NCBI GenBank assembly: GCA_964644695.1
Contig: CAZXWN010000001.1
Coordinates: forward strand, 818,390 to 838,389
Direction of reading: 5' to 3'
DNA length: 20,000 bases
Source: an uncultured bacterium
GTDB lineage: Bacteria; UBP4; UBA4092
A program made the position numbers and the translations under genes. The notes under the pieces are model-generated. The model did no database searches. It had not been told where the DNA came from and was given only the letters and a program-made list of their open reading frames with translations. This document shows positions 8,622-17,121 of this stretch, piece by piece (the stretch's first letter is position 1; each line of letters begins with the position of its first letter).

Positions 8622-8841
8622 TCCTGATTTCGAATTTTTACTGGAACCGATACTACCTAACATTTATTACCCTATCATTGTAACAGAACTTCCATCTGAT
8701 TCAATTACATTTTTTTCTGGAATAAATCTATTGTGAATGGAAGGGATGACAGATGGGGTCATGGGTCAGAGAAAGAGGACGAATAGACCCATTTTGATTT
8801 ATGATGGAAGCAATCAGCTTCATATTAAAAGGAAAGAAAGA

Positions 8842-9690
8842 ATGTACTTAAAACCAATTGGATACTCACTGTTAGCCGCCTTGATTCTAATGACCACTCC
8901 GGTGCCATCACAGGCTCAAGAGATTGATGGAAAACAAATGATGGAAACAATCAAACATCTCACAGATGAGATTGGAGTCCGTCCTTCAGGTTCGGATAAC
9001 GCATCAACAACAGCTTTTTATATCAGTGATAAACTGTCCACAACAGGGTACCATTATCAAATCCAGGACTACCGATTATCTAACAACAGAATCGCCCGAA
9101 ATATTCAGGCATTTTATCCGGGAACATCCGCAAAGGAAATAATACTGATTGGGCACTATGATTCCCCTGTGAAATCACTGGGTGCGCAGGCTTCAGCTTG
9201 TGGAATAAGCCTTTTGCTGGAATCTGCCAGATTAGTTCGCGGACAGACCCTGCCCGACAGTGTCCATTTTGCTTTTCTGGGAGCGGAAGAAAAAATACCT
9301 GGAATTGGCGATATGTACAGCGGTTCTGGAGCTTTGGCAGATTACCAGAAAAAATTAGGAACTTCGCAGTTAGGTGGGATTCTCGTATTGGAAAATTCCG
9401 GCTCCGTAAATTCCTGGATAATCTCAACAACCGCTCAGACTCCCCCCGAGTTAATCACCAGAGTCGAAAATGCCGCATTAAGAACCCGTCAGGCCATAGA
9501 ATTTCGTACGGCAGATGAAAACCAGATTTCATCACCACTGGCAACGGGAAATCTTCCGGTCATCTTTATGAAACAAAATCTTAAAAAGCCTATTTCTTCC
9601 GCCAAAGATACCTTCTCACAAGTATCCCGGAATACACTTGAATCAACGGCACAATTCATTCTGGAATTTATTAAGAATAAACCTGAATAA
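8842..9690 (+). CDS. M28-family aminopeptidase-like exported protein with degenerate Zn site
   Basis: IGVRPSGS, RNIQA, ILIGHYDS and FLGAEE fit the M28 fold. Signal-like MYLKPIGYSLLAALILMTTPVPSQA starts at ATG 8842, preferred over 8737. Confidence 0.8.
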   Translation: MYLKPIGYSLLAALILMTTPVPSQAQEIDGKQMMETIKHLTDEIGVRPSGSDNASTTAFYISDKLSTTGYHYQIQDYRLSNNRIARNIQAFYPGTSAKEIILIGHYDSPVKSLGAQASACGISLLLESARLVRGQTLPDSVHFAFLGAEEKIPGIGDMYSGSGALADYQKKLGTSQLGGILVLENSGSVNSWIISTTAQTPPELITRVENAALRTRQAIEFRTADENQISSPLATGNLPVIFMKQNLKKPISSAKDTFSQVSRNTLESTAQFILEFIKNKPE

Positions 9691-9703
9691 GGGCAGAAAG
9701 ACC

Positions 9704-9729
9704 ATCGAACAAGATCGATCTTGTTCGAT
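9704..9729. repeat. 26-bp perfect palindrome between convergent genes (possible bidirectional terminator)
   Basis: ATCGAACAAGATCGATCTTGTTCGAT equals its own reverse complement. Confidence 0.75.
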
Positions 9730-9764
9730 TCTTCTTCGTTTCATGTTCGATTGTGATGCGCAGG

Positions 9765-10718
9765 TTAAAAGAGCCGAATCAGATTATCCCAAAATATCTT
9801 TTTGATATCCTGATTTTTATATCCGCGATGAATCAGAACCTCAATCAAATTTGGGTACATGGAGCAATCTTTTAAATCCTCTGGGTAATCAGAGGCGCCG
9901 TCAAAATCAGATCCTAATCCTACATGATCGATTCCTGCTATTTGTACCGCATGGTCAATGTGGTCAGCAACCATTGATGTTGTTACAGGGGTTTTCCCTT
10001 CATTCGGTTTTCGGATAAATTCACCAAACAAACTGATTCCAATCACTCCACCATTATCTCGAATTTTTCTCAATAAATTGTCACTGACATTTCGGGGATG
10101 AGCCACTAAGGCTTTACAACAAGAATGAGTAAACAGACAGGGTTTTGTGGAATGTTCCAGAGCCAGCGCTGCAGCTGATTCTGAAGCATGTGACAAGTCA
10201 ACTCGAATGTCTCTTTTCTCCAGTTCATGGATAACCCATACACCAAAATCAGTTAAGCCATTTGCTTTGGAACTGTCCTGGGAAGAATCAATCCAATCCA
10301 AAGAACGACACCAAACCAAAGTCAAATACCTAATGCCACGTGATTGTAACTGGTCCAATATTGCAGTATCTCGAGTCAGGAAATGCCCCCCCTCAACACA
10401 AGGAACACAAGCCACCCTTCCCGAGTCATAGGCCTCTTGAATACTAATCCGATTGGAAGCTTTTCGTAATAAATCTGGATATCGATTACATTGGGTTTCC
10501 AAACTATCCAGTAAAGCCATGACACGATCAAAACCCGACTGCCCCACATATTTTTCAGGATCCACCCAACATGCAAATCCCATCGCTCCTACGTGACCCT
10601 TGCGAAGCCTCGGACCATCCACATAAATATCGGGTTGTGATATTCCTATTTCCTTACCACGGTCCAAAACACGTAATAAAGTATCGACATGGGCATCAAA
10701 CACAGGAATTTCAGTCAT
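9765..10718 (-). CDS. Dipeptidase, peptidase family M19 (renal dipeptidase-like)
   Basis: DAHVD, VEGG, GIRYLTL, GLTDFG, DLSH, THS, HPRN, DHIDH and GLGSDFDG. Confidence 0.95.
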   Translation of the reverse strand: MTEIPVFDAHVDTLLRVLDRGKEIGISQPDIYVDGPRLRKGHVGAMGFACWVDPEKYVGQSGFDRVMALLDSLETQCNRYPDLLRKASNRISIQEAYDSGRVACVPCVEGGHFLTRDTAILDQLQSRGIRYLTLVWCRSLDWIDSSQDSSKANGLTDFGVWVIHELEKRDIRVDLSHASESAAALALEHSTKPCLFTHSCCKALVAHPRNVSDNLLRKIRDNGGVIGISLFGEFIRKPNEGKTPVTTSMVADHIDHAVQIAGIDHVGLGSDFDGASDYPEDLKDCSMYPNLIEVLIHRGYKNQDIKKIFWDNLIRLF

Positions 10719-10785
10719 GGAAATATCCTTTATCTATTCATAATTTCTATCCGCTTGATTTTATACTGAACCCGACTGGAAAACA

Positions 10786-10823
10786 CAAAAAAACAAAAGG
10801 CTCGGTTCTCCGAGCCTTTTGTT
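10786..10823 (-). terminator. Intrinsic terminator of the ferritin-like gene
   Basis: AACAAAAGGCTCGG (10792-10805), loop TTCT, CCGAGCCTTTTGTT (10810-10823), with a T-tract on the minus strand. Confidence 0.85.
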
Positions 10824-10850
10824 GAGGTTTAAATTAAATACGCTGTTCTG

Positions 10851-11276
10851 TTACAAGGGCCAATCACGAAGGATTCTTTCGGTCTCTTCAGAATGACCAC
10901 TTTCGTCCCGTACCATGTCTTCCAATTGAACAACCAAACCTTTTTCACCAAGTTCATCAGCTTCTTTGGCGCGAGTAATGTAATCAATGGTTGCCTGCTT
11001 TTCAGCTGCTAATACCGCTTCAAGCATGGCACGGTTAGTTTGTGCTTGCGGCACCAGTCGCGGTTGTGTTGTAGGTTCACCACCCAGAGCGACAATCTTA
11101 TTTGCAAGATATTGAGCATGTAACTGTTCACCCGCCACTTCAGTCAGATAGAACTGTGATAATTGGGGACGATAAGGTCCAGATGCTTTTGCAGCATAAG
11201 TCAGGTACTGAATAATCGCACTCAACTCTCCAGCCAAGTCCTGATTCAAATGATCAATAAGAGTTTTCTTGTCCAT
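10851..11276 (-). CDS. Ferritin-like (bacterioferritin-related) di-iron protein
   Basis: Four-helix ferroxidase ligands GELSAIIQY, EQLH, AEKQA and DESGH, plus LGGEP. GGAGG RBS. Confidence 0.9.
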   Translation of the reverse strand: MDKKTLIDHLNQDLAGELSAIIQYLTYAAKASGPYRPQLSQFYLTEVAGEQLHAQYLANKIVALGGEPTTQPRLVPQAQTNRAMLEAVLAAEKQATIDYITRAKEADELGEKGLVVQLEDMVRDESGHSEETERILRDWPL

Positions 11277-11510
11277 CTTCTGCAGTCCTCCTGTGAATAA
11301 TATATTGGGTTACTTAACAAATCATTTGCTTTGTTTTTATAACACGATGATTCGCTTTTTAGTTCCCATAGCCTGGTAAGTCATAATTATTCATTATTTA
11401 TATCATTACAAAAACAGGCACCTACAATATAACTTTTCTTCATCACGGGATTGTCAACAGCCATGCGTTTTCTCTGCTTACAAAGCTCAAAATATCAGGA
11501 CTTGATTTTT

Positions 11511-11540
11511 TTGACATATCCACGCAATTTAAGGTATATT
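11511..11540 (+). promoter_or_regulatory. Putative sigma70 promoter of pckA
   Basis: TTGACA (11511-11516), 18-nt spacer, TATATT (11535-11540). Confidence 0.55.
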
Positions 11541-11635
11541 ATTTTAAGGGTCACAACTAATTCGAGGTCACAGTAAAGAGTCGTTAAGCACTCTACCCTT
11601 TGTTCTAAAAATCTTTAAAAGGCGAGGATACTATC

Positions 11636-13228
11636 GTGGCATTTATTCCCAAATACCCTCTGGAGGAACAAGGCATTATCAACATTGGTAATGTTTATTG
11701 GAACCTCCCAGGTGCCTCTCTGTACGAAGAAGCTGTTCGTCGGCGGGAAGCACTCATTGCTCATATGGGTCCATTGGTTGCTCGGACTGGACACCATACC
11801 GGACGTTCCCCCAATGACAAATTTACCGTAGAAGAGCCAACCAGTCAGGATAAAGTTTGGTGGGGAAAGGTCAATCGACCCATCTCCGAAGAGAAATTTG
11901 ATCAACTTCATCGGCATATGCTGTCTTACCTGCAGGGTAAAGATATTTTTGTACAAGATTGTTTTGTCGGTGCTGATCCTGAATATCGTGTACCAATCCG
12001 CGTCATTACAGCTACTGCCTGGCACAATCTGTTCGCCCGTATTATGTTCCTGATTCCGAAACCGGAAGAAGTAAAAGAACATATTCCTGAATTTACCGTC
12101 ATCAATGCTCCCGGTTTCCATGCCCGTCCGGACGAAGATGGCACCAATTCTGAAGTATTTATCGTCGTTCACTTTGGTAAGAAACTGGTCCTTATTGGTG
12201 GCACCAGCTATGCCGGTGAAATCAAAAAATCCATGTTCACCATGATGAACTATGTTCTGCCCAGCAAGAATGTTTTCCCGATGCATTGTTCTTGTAACGT
12301 CGGCGAAGACGGTGATGTGGCTATCTTCTTTGGTCTTTCTGGTACAGGAAAAACCACTCTGTCCGCTGACCCTGAACGTAAACTCGTGGGTGATGACGAA
12401 CACGGCTGGTCTGATAAAGGCGTCTTTAATTTCGAGGGTGGTTGTTATGCAAAAGTTATCCGCCTCTCAAAAGAAGCTGAGCCAGATATTTATGCATGCA
12501 CAGAAAAGTTCGGTACCATCCTTGAGAATGTGGCTATTAACACGGAATCCCGCCGCATTGACTTAGATGATTCAACACTGACCGAAAACACCCGTGCAGC
12601 GTATCCGATTCTCCATATTGACAATGTCGTTTTCCCCGGGATTGTAGGTCATCCATCCAATGTCATCATGCTGACCTGTGATGCCTTCGGTGTCCTTCCC
12701 CCGGTTAGCAAGCTAACCCCCGAACAGGCCATGTATCACTTCATTTCTGGTTATACCGCTCGTGTAGCCGGAACCGAAAAAGGTGTCACTGAACCCCAGG
12801 CAACATTCAGCACTTGCTTTGGCGCACCCTTTATGGTCCTGCATCCGACCACTTATGCCAATATGCTCGAAGAGAAACTCAAAGCACACAATGCGGATTG
12901 CTGGCTCGTGAATACTGGTTGGTCCGGTGGACCTGCTGGTGTAGGTTCCCGAATGAAGATTGCCTACACTCGTGCCATGATTCGTGCCATCTTGGCGGGT
13001 CATTTAAAGGATACAGAGTTCGAAGTTGATCCCATCTTTGGCCTCTATATTCCCAAGGTAGTTCCGGGAGTTCCCCATGATGTACTGGTCCCCAAAAACA
13101 CCTGGGCGGATAAAGCAGCTTATGATGCAACCGCGAAAAAACTGGCGAAGATGTTCCATGAAAACTTCAAGCAGTTTGCAGATAATGCACCGGAAGCCGT
13201 CAAAGCAGCAGCTCCAAAACTCGATTAA
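11636..13228 (+). CDS. pckA: Phosphoenolpyruvate carboxykinase (ATP)
   Basis: TGRSPNDKF, YAGEIKK, MHCS, kinase-1a FFGLSGTGKTTLS, GDDEHGW, EGGCYAK and TENTR. GTG start after GAGGA. Confidence 0.98.
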   Translation: MAFIPKYPLEEQGIINIGNVYWNLPGASLYEEAVRRREALIAHMGPLVARTGHHTGRSPNDKFTVEEPTSQDKVWWGKVNRPISEEKFDQLHRHMLSYLQGKDIFVQDCFVGADPEYRVPIRVITATAWHNLFARIMFLIPKPEEVKEHIPEFTVINAPGFHARPDEDGTNSEVFIVVHFGKKLVLIGGTSYAGEIKKSMFTMMNYVLPSKNVFPMHCSCNVGEDGDVAIFFGLSGTGKTTLSADPERKLVGDDEHGWSDKGVFNFEGGCYAKVIRLSKEAEPDIYACTEKFGTILENVAINTESRRIDLDDSTLTENTRAAYPILHIDNVVFPGIVGHPSNVIMLTCDAFGVLPPVSKLTPEQAMYHFISGYTARVAGTEKGVTEPQATFSTCFGAPFMVLHPTTYANMLEEKLKAHNADCWLVNTGWSGGPAGVGSRMKIAYTRAMIRAILAGHLKDTEFEVDPIFGLYIPKVVPGVPHDVLVPKNTWADKAAYDATAKKLAKMFHENFKQFADNAPEAVKAAAPKLD

Positions 13229-13248
13229 TTAAGCAGTAGATAAATAGT

Positions 13249-13311
13249 ACAGTTCCCGTTATGACTTGTCAGTGTGGATATACTCACACTCTGGACATTA
13301 ACGGGAACTGT
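13249..13311. other. Long imperfect hairpin downstream of pckA (terminator-like or 3' structural element)
   Basis: ACAGTTCCCGTTA (13249-13261) pairs with TAACGGGAACTGT (13299-13311). Inner stems TGTC/GACA and AGTGTG/CACACT. Confidence 0.65.
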
Positions 13312-13403
13312 CATTTTAGTGGACAAATCGTCATTAATCATTACGATTAACAGGCTCGAATCGTTTTACCCAACCCCAGTAACTGTGTTAATATAGGCCG
13401 GTT

Positions 13404-13805
13404 ATGAAAAGATATCTTCTTATTTTTTTAGTGGGCATGATCGTCTTTGCTTATATCTTGCTCAAATATAATGAAACCCACATGAAACCCTATCTACCTC
13501 CTGTCAAGGTAGTTTCTCATTTTATAGAATCTCTTCAACAGCCCTCACATCTCAGTTCCGCGCAATGGTGGGATACAGGAACAGGGCGAAGTCGATATTT
13601 CATCATCAGTAAAGAGAAAAAGTTTGCAGCTCAATCTCAATATGATATTAGAGGACAGGCAATCCGCGGAGACGAAGCCCGTGTTCTGGTTTATCGTAAA
13701 TATGCCCCTAAAAATATCACTTCGAGTATAAATGTTCGTCTTTATCGCAATCAGGGTGAATGGAAAATTGTCCGTTGGGACGCCGAAGTTCCTCTAAAGA
13801 AATAA
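13404..13805 (+). CDS. Hypothetical membrane-anchored protein (possible NTF2-like/DUF4878-like fold)
   Basis: N-terminal TM helix, PVKVVSHFIESL, GDEARVLV and C-terminal L....GEWKI. The fold guess is inference. Confidence 0.7.
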   Translation: MKRYLLIFLVGMIVFAYILLKYNETHMKPYLPPVKVVSHFIESLQQPSHLSSAQWWDTGTGRSRYFIISKEKKFAAQSQYDIRGQAIRGDEARVLVYRKYAPKNITSSINVRLYRNQGEWKIVRWDAEVPLKK

Positions 13806-13854
13806 CTTTAATATTGTTATGTAACCTGTTTAATACCAACAATGGAGACCTAAC

Positions 13855-15486
13855 ATGAACCGACCTGGTGAATATGTCATCGGAATTGATGTCGGTACTG
13901 GCAGTGCCCGTGCAGGTCTGTTTGACCTGAGCGGCAGGATTTATGGCAGTGCATCCACCCCAATTACTTTGTGGAAGCCAGAACCTGAATTTGCAGAACA
14001 GTCATCCGATGAAATATGGAAAGCCATTGGCACTTCAATTCGCAATACTCTCAAAGAAGCCAAAATCCCCTCTTCATGCGTTATTGGAATATCCTTTGAT
14101 GCGACGTGTTCTCTAGTCGCTCTTGATAGTCAAAACCAGCCCGTGTCTTTATCTCCCACCGGTAATAAGGAACAAAACATTATTGTATGGATGGATCATC
14201 GTGCTATTGAGCAAGCCAAACGTATCAATCGTACAGGACATCCAGTGCTCAAATATGTTGGGGGACAAATCAGTCCTGAAATGGAATTACCCAAAATCCT
14301 TTGGGTCAAAGATAAACTAAAAGCTTCATGGAAGAAGATTGCCCGATTATTCGATTTAGCAGATTACTTAACCTTCCGAGCCACCAATGTCGATACCCGA
14401 AGCCTTTGTACTACCGTCTGCAAGTGGACTTACCTGGGTCACCAGAATAAATGGGATGCCACTTTTTTCAAGCAGATTGGACTCTTGGATTTACTTGAGA
14501 AAAACAAGATTGGTTCTCATATCCGACCCATGGGTGAATTGGCGGGAGGATTAACGGAAACAGCCGCTAAAGAGCTGGGACTGCCCGCTGGGATTGCAGT
14601 GGGAGTTGGAATTATTGATGCTCATGCCGGAGGTTTGGGTGTTTTGGGAATGACCCAGCGGAAAAGCATTTCCCCCGAACTACTGGAAACTAATCTTGCT
14701 CTGATTGGAGGGACTTCCTCTTGCCACATGGCCGTATCCAGAAAACCCAAGTTTATCAAAGGGATCTGGGGTCCTTATTATTCGGCAATGATTCCGGGGA
14801 TGTGGCTCACAGAGGGGGGACAGAGTGCCACAGGCGCTTTGGTTGATCGGGTATTGGTAAACAATCAATATTTCGATGAATTGAAAAAAGAGGCTCACAA
14901 AATCGGCCTGAATGTTTATGAGTTGTTAAATGCCCGTGTTTCTGAACTGCAACGGCGTGAGAAAAAAGGTCCCGAACTTACTTCAAACTTCCATATCCTG
15001 GATTATTATCACGGAAACAGATCTCCTATTGCCGACCCCACAGCAAAAGGGATGGTTTGTGGACTATCACTTGATTCTTCGATCAATTCTCTGGCCGTAT
15101 CCTACCTGGCAACGATTCAGTCTATTGCATACGGCACGAGGAATATTATTGAGGCCATGAACCGACACGGATATCGTATCAAACACATTCATGCCTGTGG
15201 TGGCGGAACTAAAAATCCCCTCTGGCTGCAAGAACATGCAGATATCACGGGATGCACTATCGTCCTTCCAGAAGTCTCAGAGGCAATGTTATTAGGGACA
15301 GCCATGCTGGCGGCAGTTGCTGCAGGAAGATTCAAGACAGTCCTGGAAGCGATGTCCGCCATGTCCAAACCGGGAGAGATCATCCGGCCCAGAACGAAGA
15401 ATCAGGATTACCATAATAAAAAATATAAAGTCTATAAAAAACTGTATCAGGACCAGTTATCCTATAAAAAAATAATGTCGCGATAA
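13855..15486 (+). CDS. FGGY-family pentulose kinase (D-ribulokinase-like)
   Basis: GIDVGTGSARA, FDATCSLV, WMDHRA, SPEMELPK, RSLCTTVCKWTY, IDAHAG, GTSSCHM, EGGQSATG and HGNRSP. Confidence 0.93.
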   Translation: MNRPGEYVIGIDVGTGSARAGLFDLSGRIYGSASTPITLWKPEPEFAEQSSDEIWKAIGTSIRNTLKEAKIPSSCVIGISFDATCSLVALDSQNQPVSLSPTGNKEQNIIVWMDHRAIEQAKRINRTGHPVLKYVGGQISPEMELPKILWVKDKLKASWKKIARLFDLADYLTFRATNVDTRSLCTTVCKWTYLGHQNKWDATFFKQIGLLDLLEKNKIGSHIRPMGELAGGLTETAAKELGLPAGIAVGVGIIDAHAGGLGVLGMTQRKSISPELLETNLALIGGTSSCHMAVSRKPKFIKGIWGPYYSAMIPGMWLTEGGQSATGALVDRVLVNNQYFDELKKEAHKIGLNVYELLNARVSELQRREKKGPELTSNFHILDYYHGNRSPIADPTAKGMVCGLSLDSSINSLAVSYLATIQSIAYGTRNIIEAMNRHGYRIKHIHACGGGTKNPLWLQEHADITGCTIVLPEVSEAMLLGTAMLAAVAAGRFKTVLEAMSAMSKPGEIIRPRTKNQDYHNKKYKVYKKLYQDQLSYKKIMSR

Positions 15487-15515
15487 TAAAGGGTATGAAA
15501 ATAAGGAGAGGGTAG

Positions 15516-17084
15516 ATGTCAACAAAAAGACCATTAACCGTAGGTGTATTATCCCCGAACGATCCCAGACCCTGGGTCCGTCAGGATAATTTAAATCTGA
15601 TGTTGTCTCATGAGGCTTCACTTATCAAAGCACTGAAATCCCAGGGAGTAAAAGTAATCCGGGGTGGTGACGGTTTTTCAAAAGAGGACCAGATTGCCTG
15701 GAATACTAACTTAGTTCACCGCCAGATATCCAATATTGCCAAAGCCAGTCCGGACGCACTCATAATCAATCAAGGGTCATGGACATTCCCCTACGATTCC
15801 GTTGATGCAGTCCGTTTTTTCCAGCAGGAAACAGAGGACATTGCCCGCGTGGTCATGTTCAGTTACAAGGATACTGAATTCCCGGGGCTGGTCGCTGGAA
15901 TGGCCGCAGGGGGTGGACTGAAACGATTAGGGATTCCTTTTGCATCCTGTTACGGAATCATTGATAAAGATAAAAAGGTCCTTTCGGAATTAATGGCTAT
16001 TCTGGAGTTTTATCAACAGAGGGCCATGGCAGCTCCAATCGTAAAAAAAGTTATTTCTGATTTGGGAAAACAAAAATACCTGTCATTAGGTGGAATGGCT
16101 CTGAAGATGATGACCACCACCGCAGATGTGGACCAGTGGGCGAAAGTATTCGGAGTGACCTTTGAAACATTGGATCAGTCCGAATTAATTGTCAGGGCTG
16201 AAGACATGGTGAAATGGTCCGGTAAACCTGGTGAATCCGATTTCCAAATTACCGATAAACGACTTCGGGCTTCACTGGATTATATCTATAAAAAAGAACA
16301 TGGAAAATTTGATTTCACTCGTCCCAAACTTCAGAACATCAATAAATGGGTTTATCAAACGGCCCTTTACTGGGCAGCCGTAGATTTAGTGAAAGAATAT
16401 GGAATCACCTTTGCGGGCATCAAATGCCAGGATGAGTTGAGTGCCAGACACTGCACGGCCTGTATGGCGACCGCATTTCTGGGAAATGATGTAGGACCGG
16501 ATGGCCGCAAAAAGACAATCATCCCAACCGCTTGTGAAAATGATATGGATTCGGCATTAACTCAATTAATACTCCATCTCATTTCCAACAAACCTGCAGG
16601 GTTTGGAGATTTCCGGGATGTCGAGAAACAGGTTCTGGCAATCGTAAACTGTGGACAGCATCCTCCTTATTTCTTTGGAGGCCCCAAAGAGGATTCAACC
16701 CATAAACTCGATAAGGTGGAATACATGGGGCAGGAAGTCTTTTATGCTGCCGGAGGTTCAGGAGTCAGAGGACGGACACCCGGTGGACATACCATGACTA
16801 TTGCCCGGTTAGGCAGAGAGAATCTGCGATATCAAATGGTCGCATTCCCGATGGAAACCTTAGAGGTCAATCCAAAAGAACACCAGAAGTATAATCCCTC
16901 ATGGCCCATTATTAAAGGGAAAGTCCCGATGACGGATGCTGAATTGATCAAGGTATGGCCTTGTAACCATCTTGGATTCGGGTATGGCGATTATACTGCC
17001 CATCTGGCAGAACTGTCTCATCGCCTCGATATCGGGTTCAGAGTTTATGACAAGTCTGGCCGAGAGTATTTCAAATCAACTTAA
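15516..17084 (+). CDS. L-fucose/D-arabinose isomerase-family protein
   Basis: PGLV, IKCQDEL (catalytic Glu), ACEND (catalytic Asp), NCG, TIARL and WPCNH (Mn-binding His). AGGAG RBS. Confidence 0.85.
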   Translation: MSTKRPLTVGVLSPNDPRPWVRQDNLNLMLSHEASLIKALKSQGVKVIRGGDGFSKEDQIAWNTNLVHRQISNIAKASPDALIINQGSWTFPYDSVDAVRFFQQETEDIARVVMFSYKDTEFPGLVAGMAAGGGLKRLGIPFASCYGIIDKDKKVLSELMAILEFYQQRAMAAPIVKKVISDLGKQKYLSLGGMALKMMTTTADVDQWAKVFGVTFETLDQSELIVRAEDMVKWSGKPGESDFQITDKRLRASLDYIYKKEHGKFDFTRPKLQNINKWVYQTALYWAAVDLVKEYGITFAGIKCQDELSARHCTACMATAFLGNDVGPDGRKKTIIPTACENDMDSALTQLILHLISNKPAGFGDFRDVEKQVLAIVNCGQHPPYFFGGPKEDSTHKLDKVEYMGQEVFYAAGGSGVRGRTPGGHTMTIARLGRENLRYQMVAFPMETLEVNPKEHQKYNPSWPIIKGKVPMTDAELIKVWPCNHLGFGYGDYTAHLAELSHRLDIGFRVYDKSGREYFKST

Positions 17085-17121
17085 AATCATCAAGGTAAAA
17101 TTTCCCAGAATACATTCATTC

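Noticed and set aside
8737..8841. N-terminal extension of the M28-like ORF
   Set aside because: The signal peptide starts at ATG 8842, after a purine-rich RBS-like stretch (AAGGAAAG).
11615..12403. 262-aa antisense ORF over pckA
   Set aside because: It lies opposite a conserved gene with strong codon bias and has no recognisable motif; this is a typical shadow ORF.
16972..17121. N-terminal extension of the metallophosphoesterase in the ORF track
   Set aside because: It overlaps the isomerase gene by 113 bp. The Tat signal sits near the N-terminus only if translation starts at ATG 17122.
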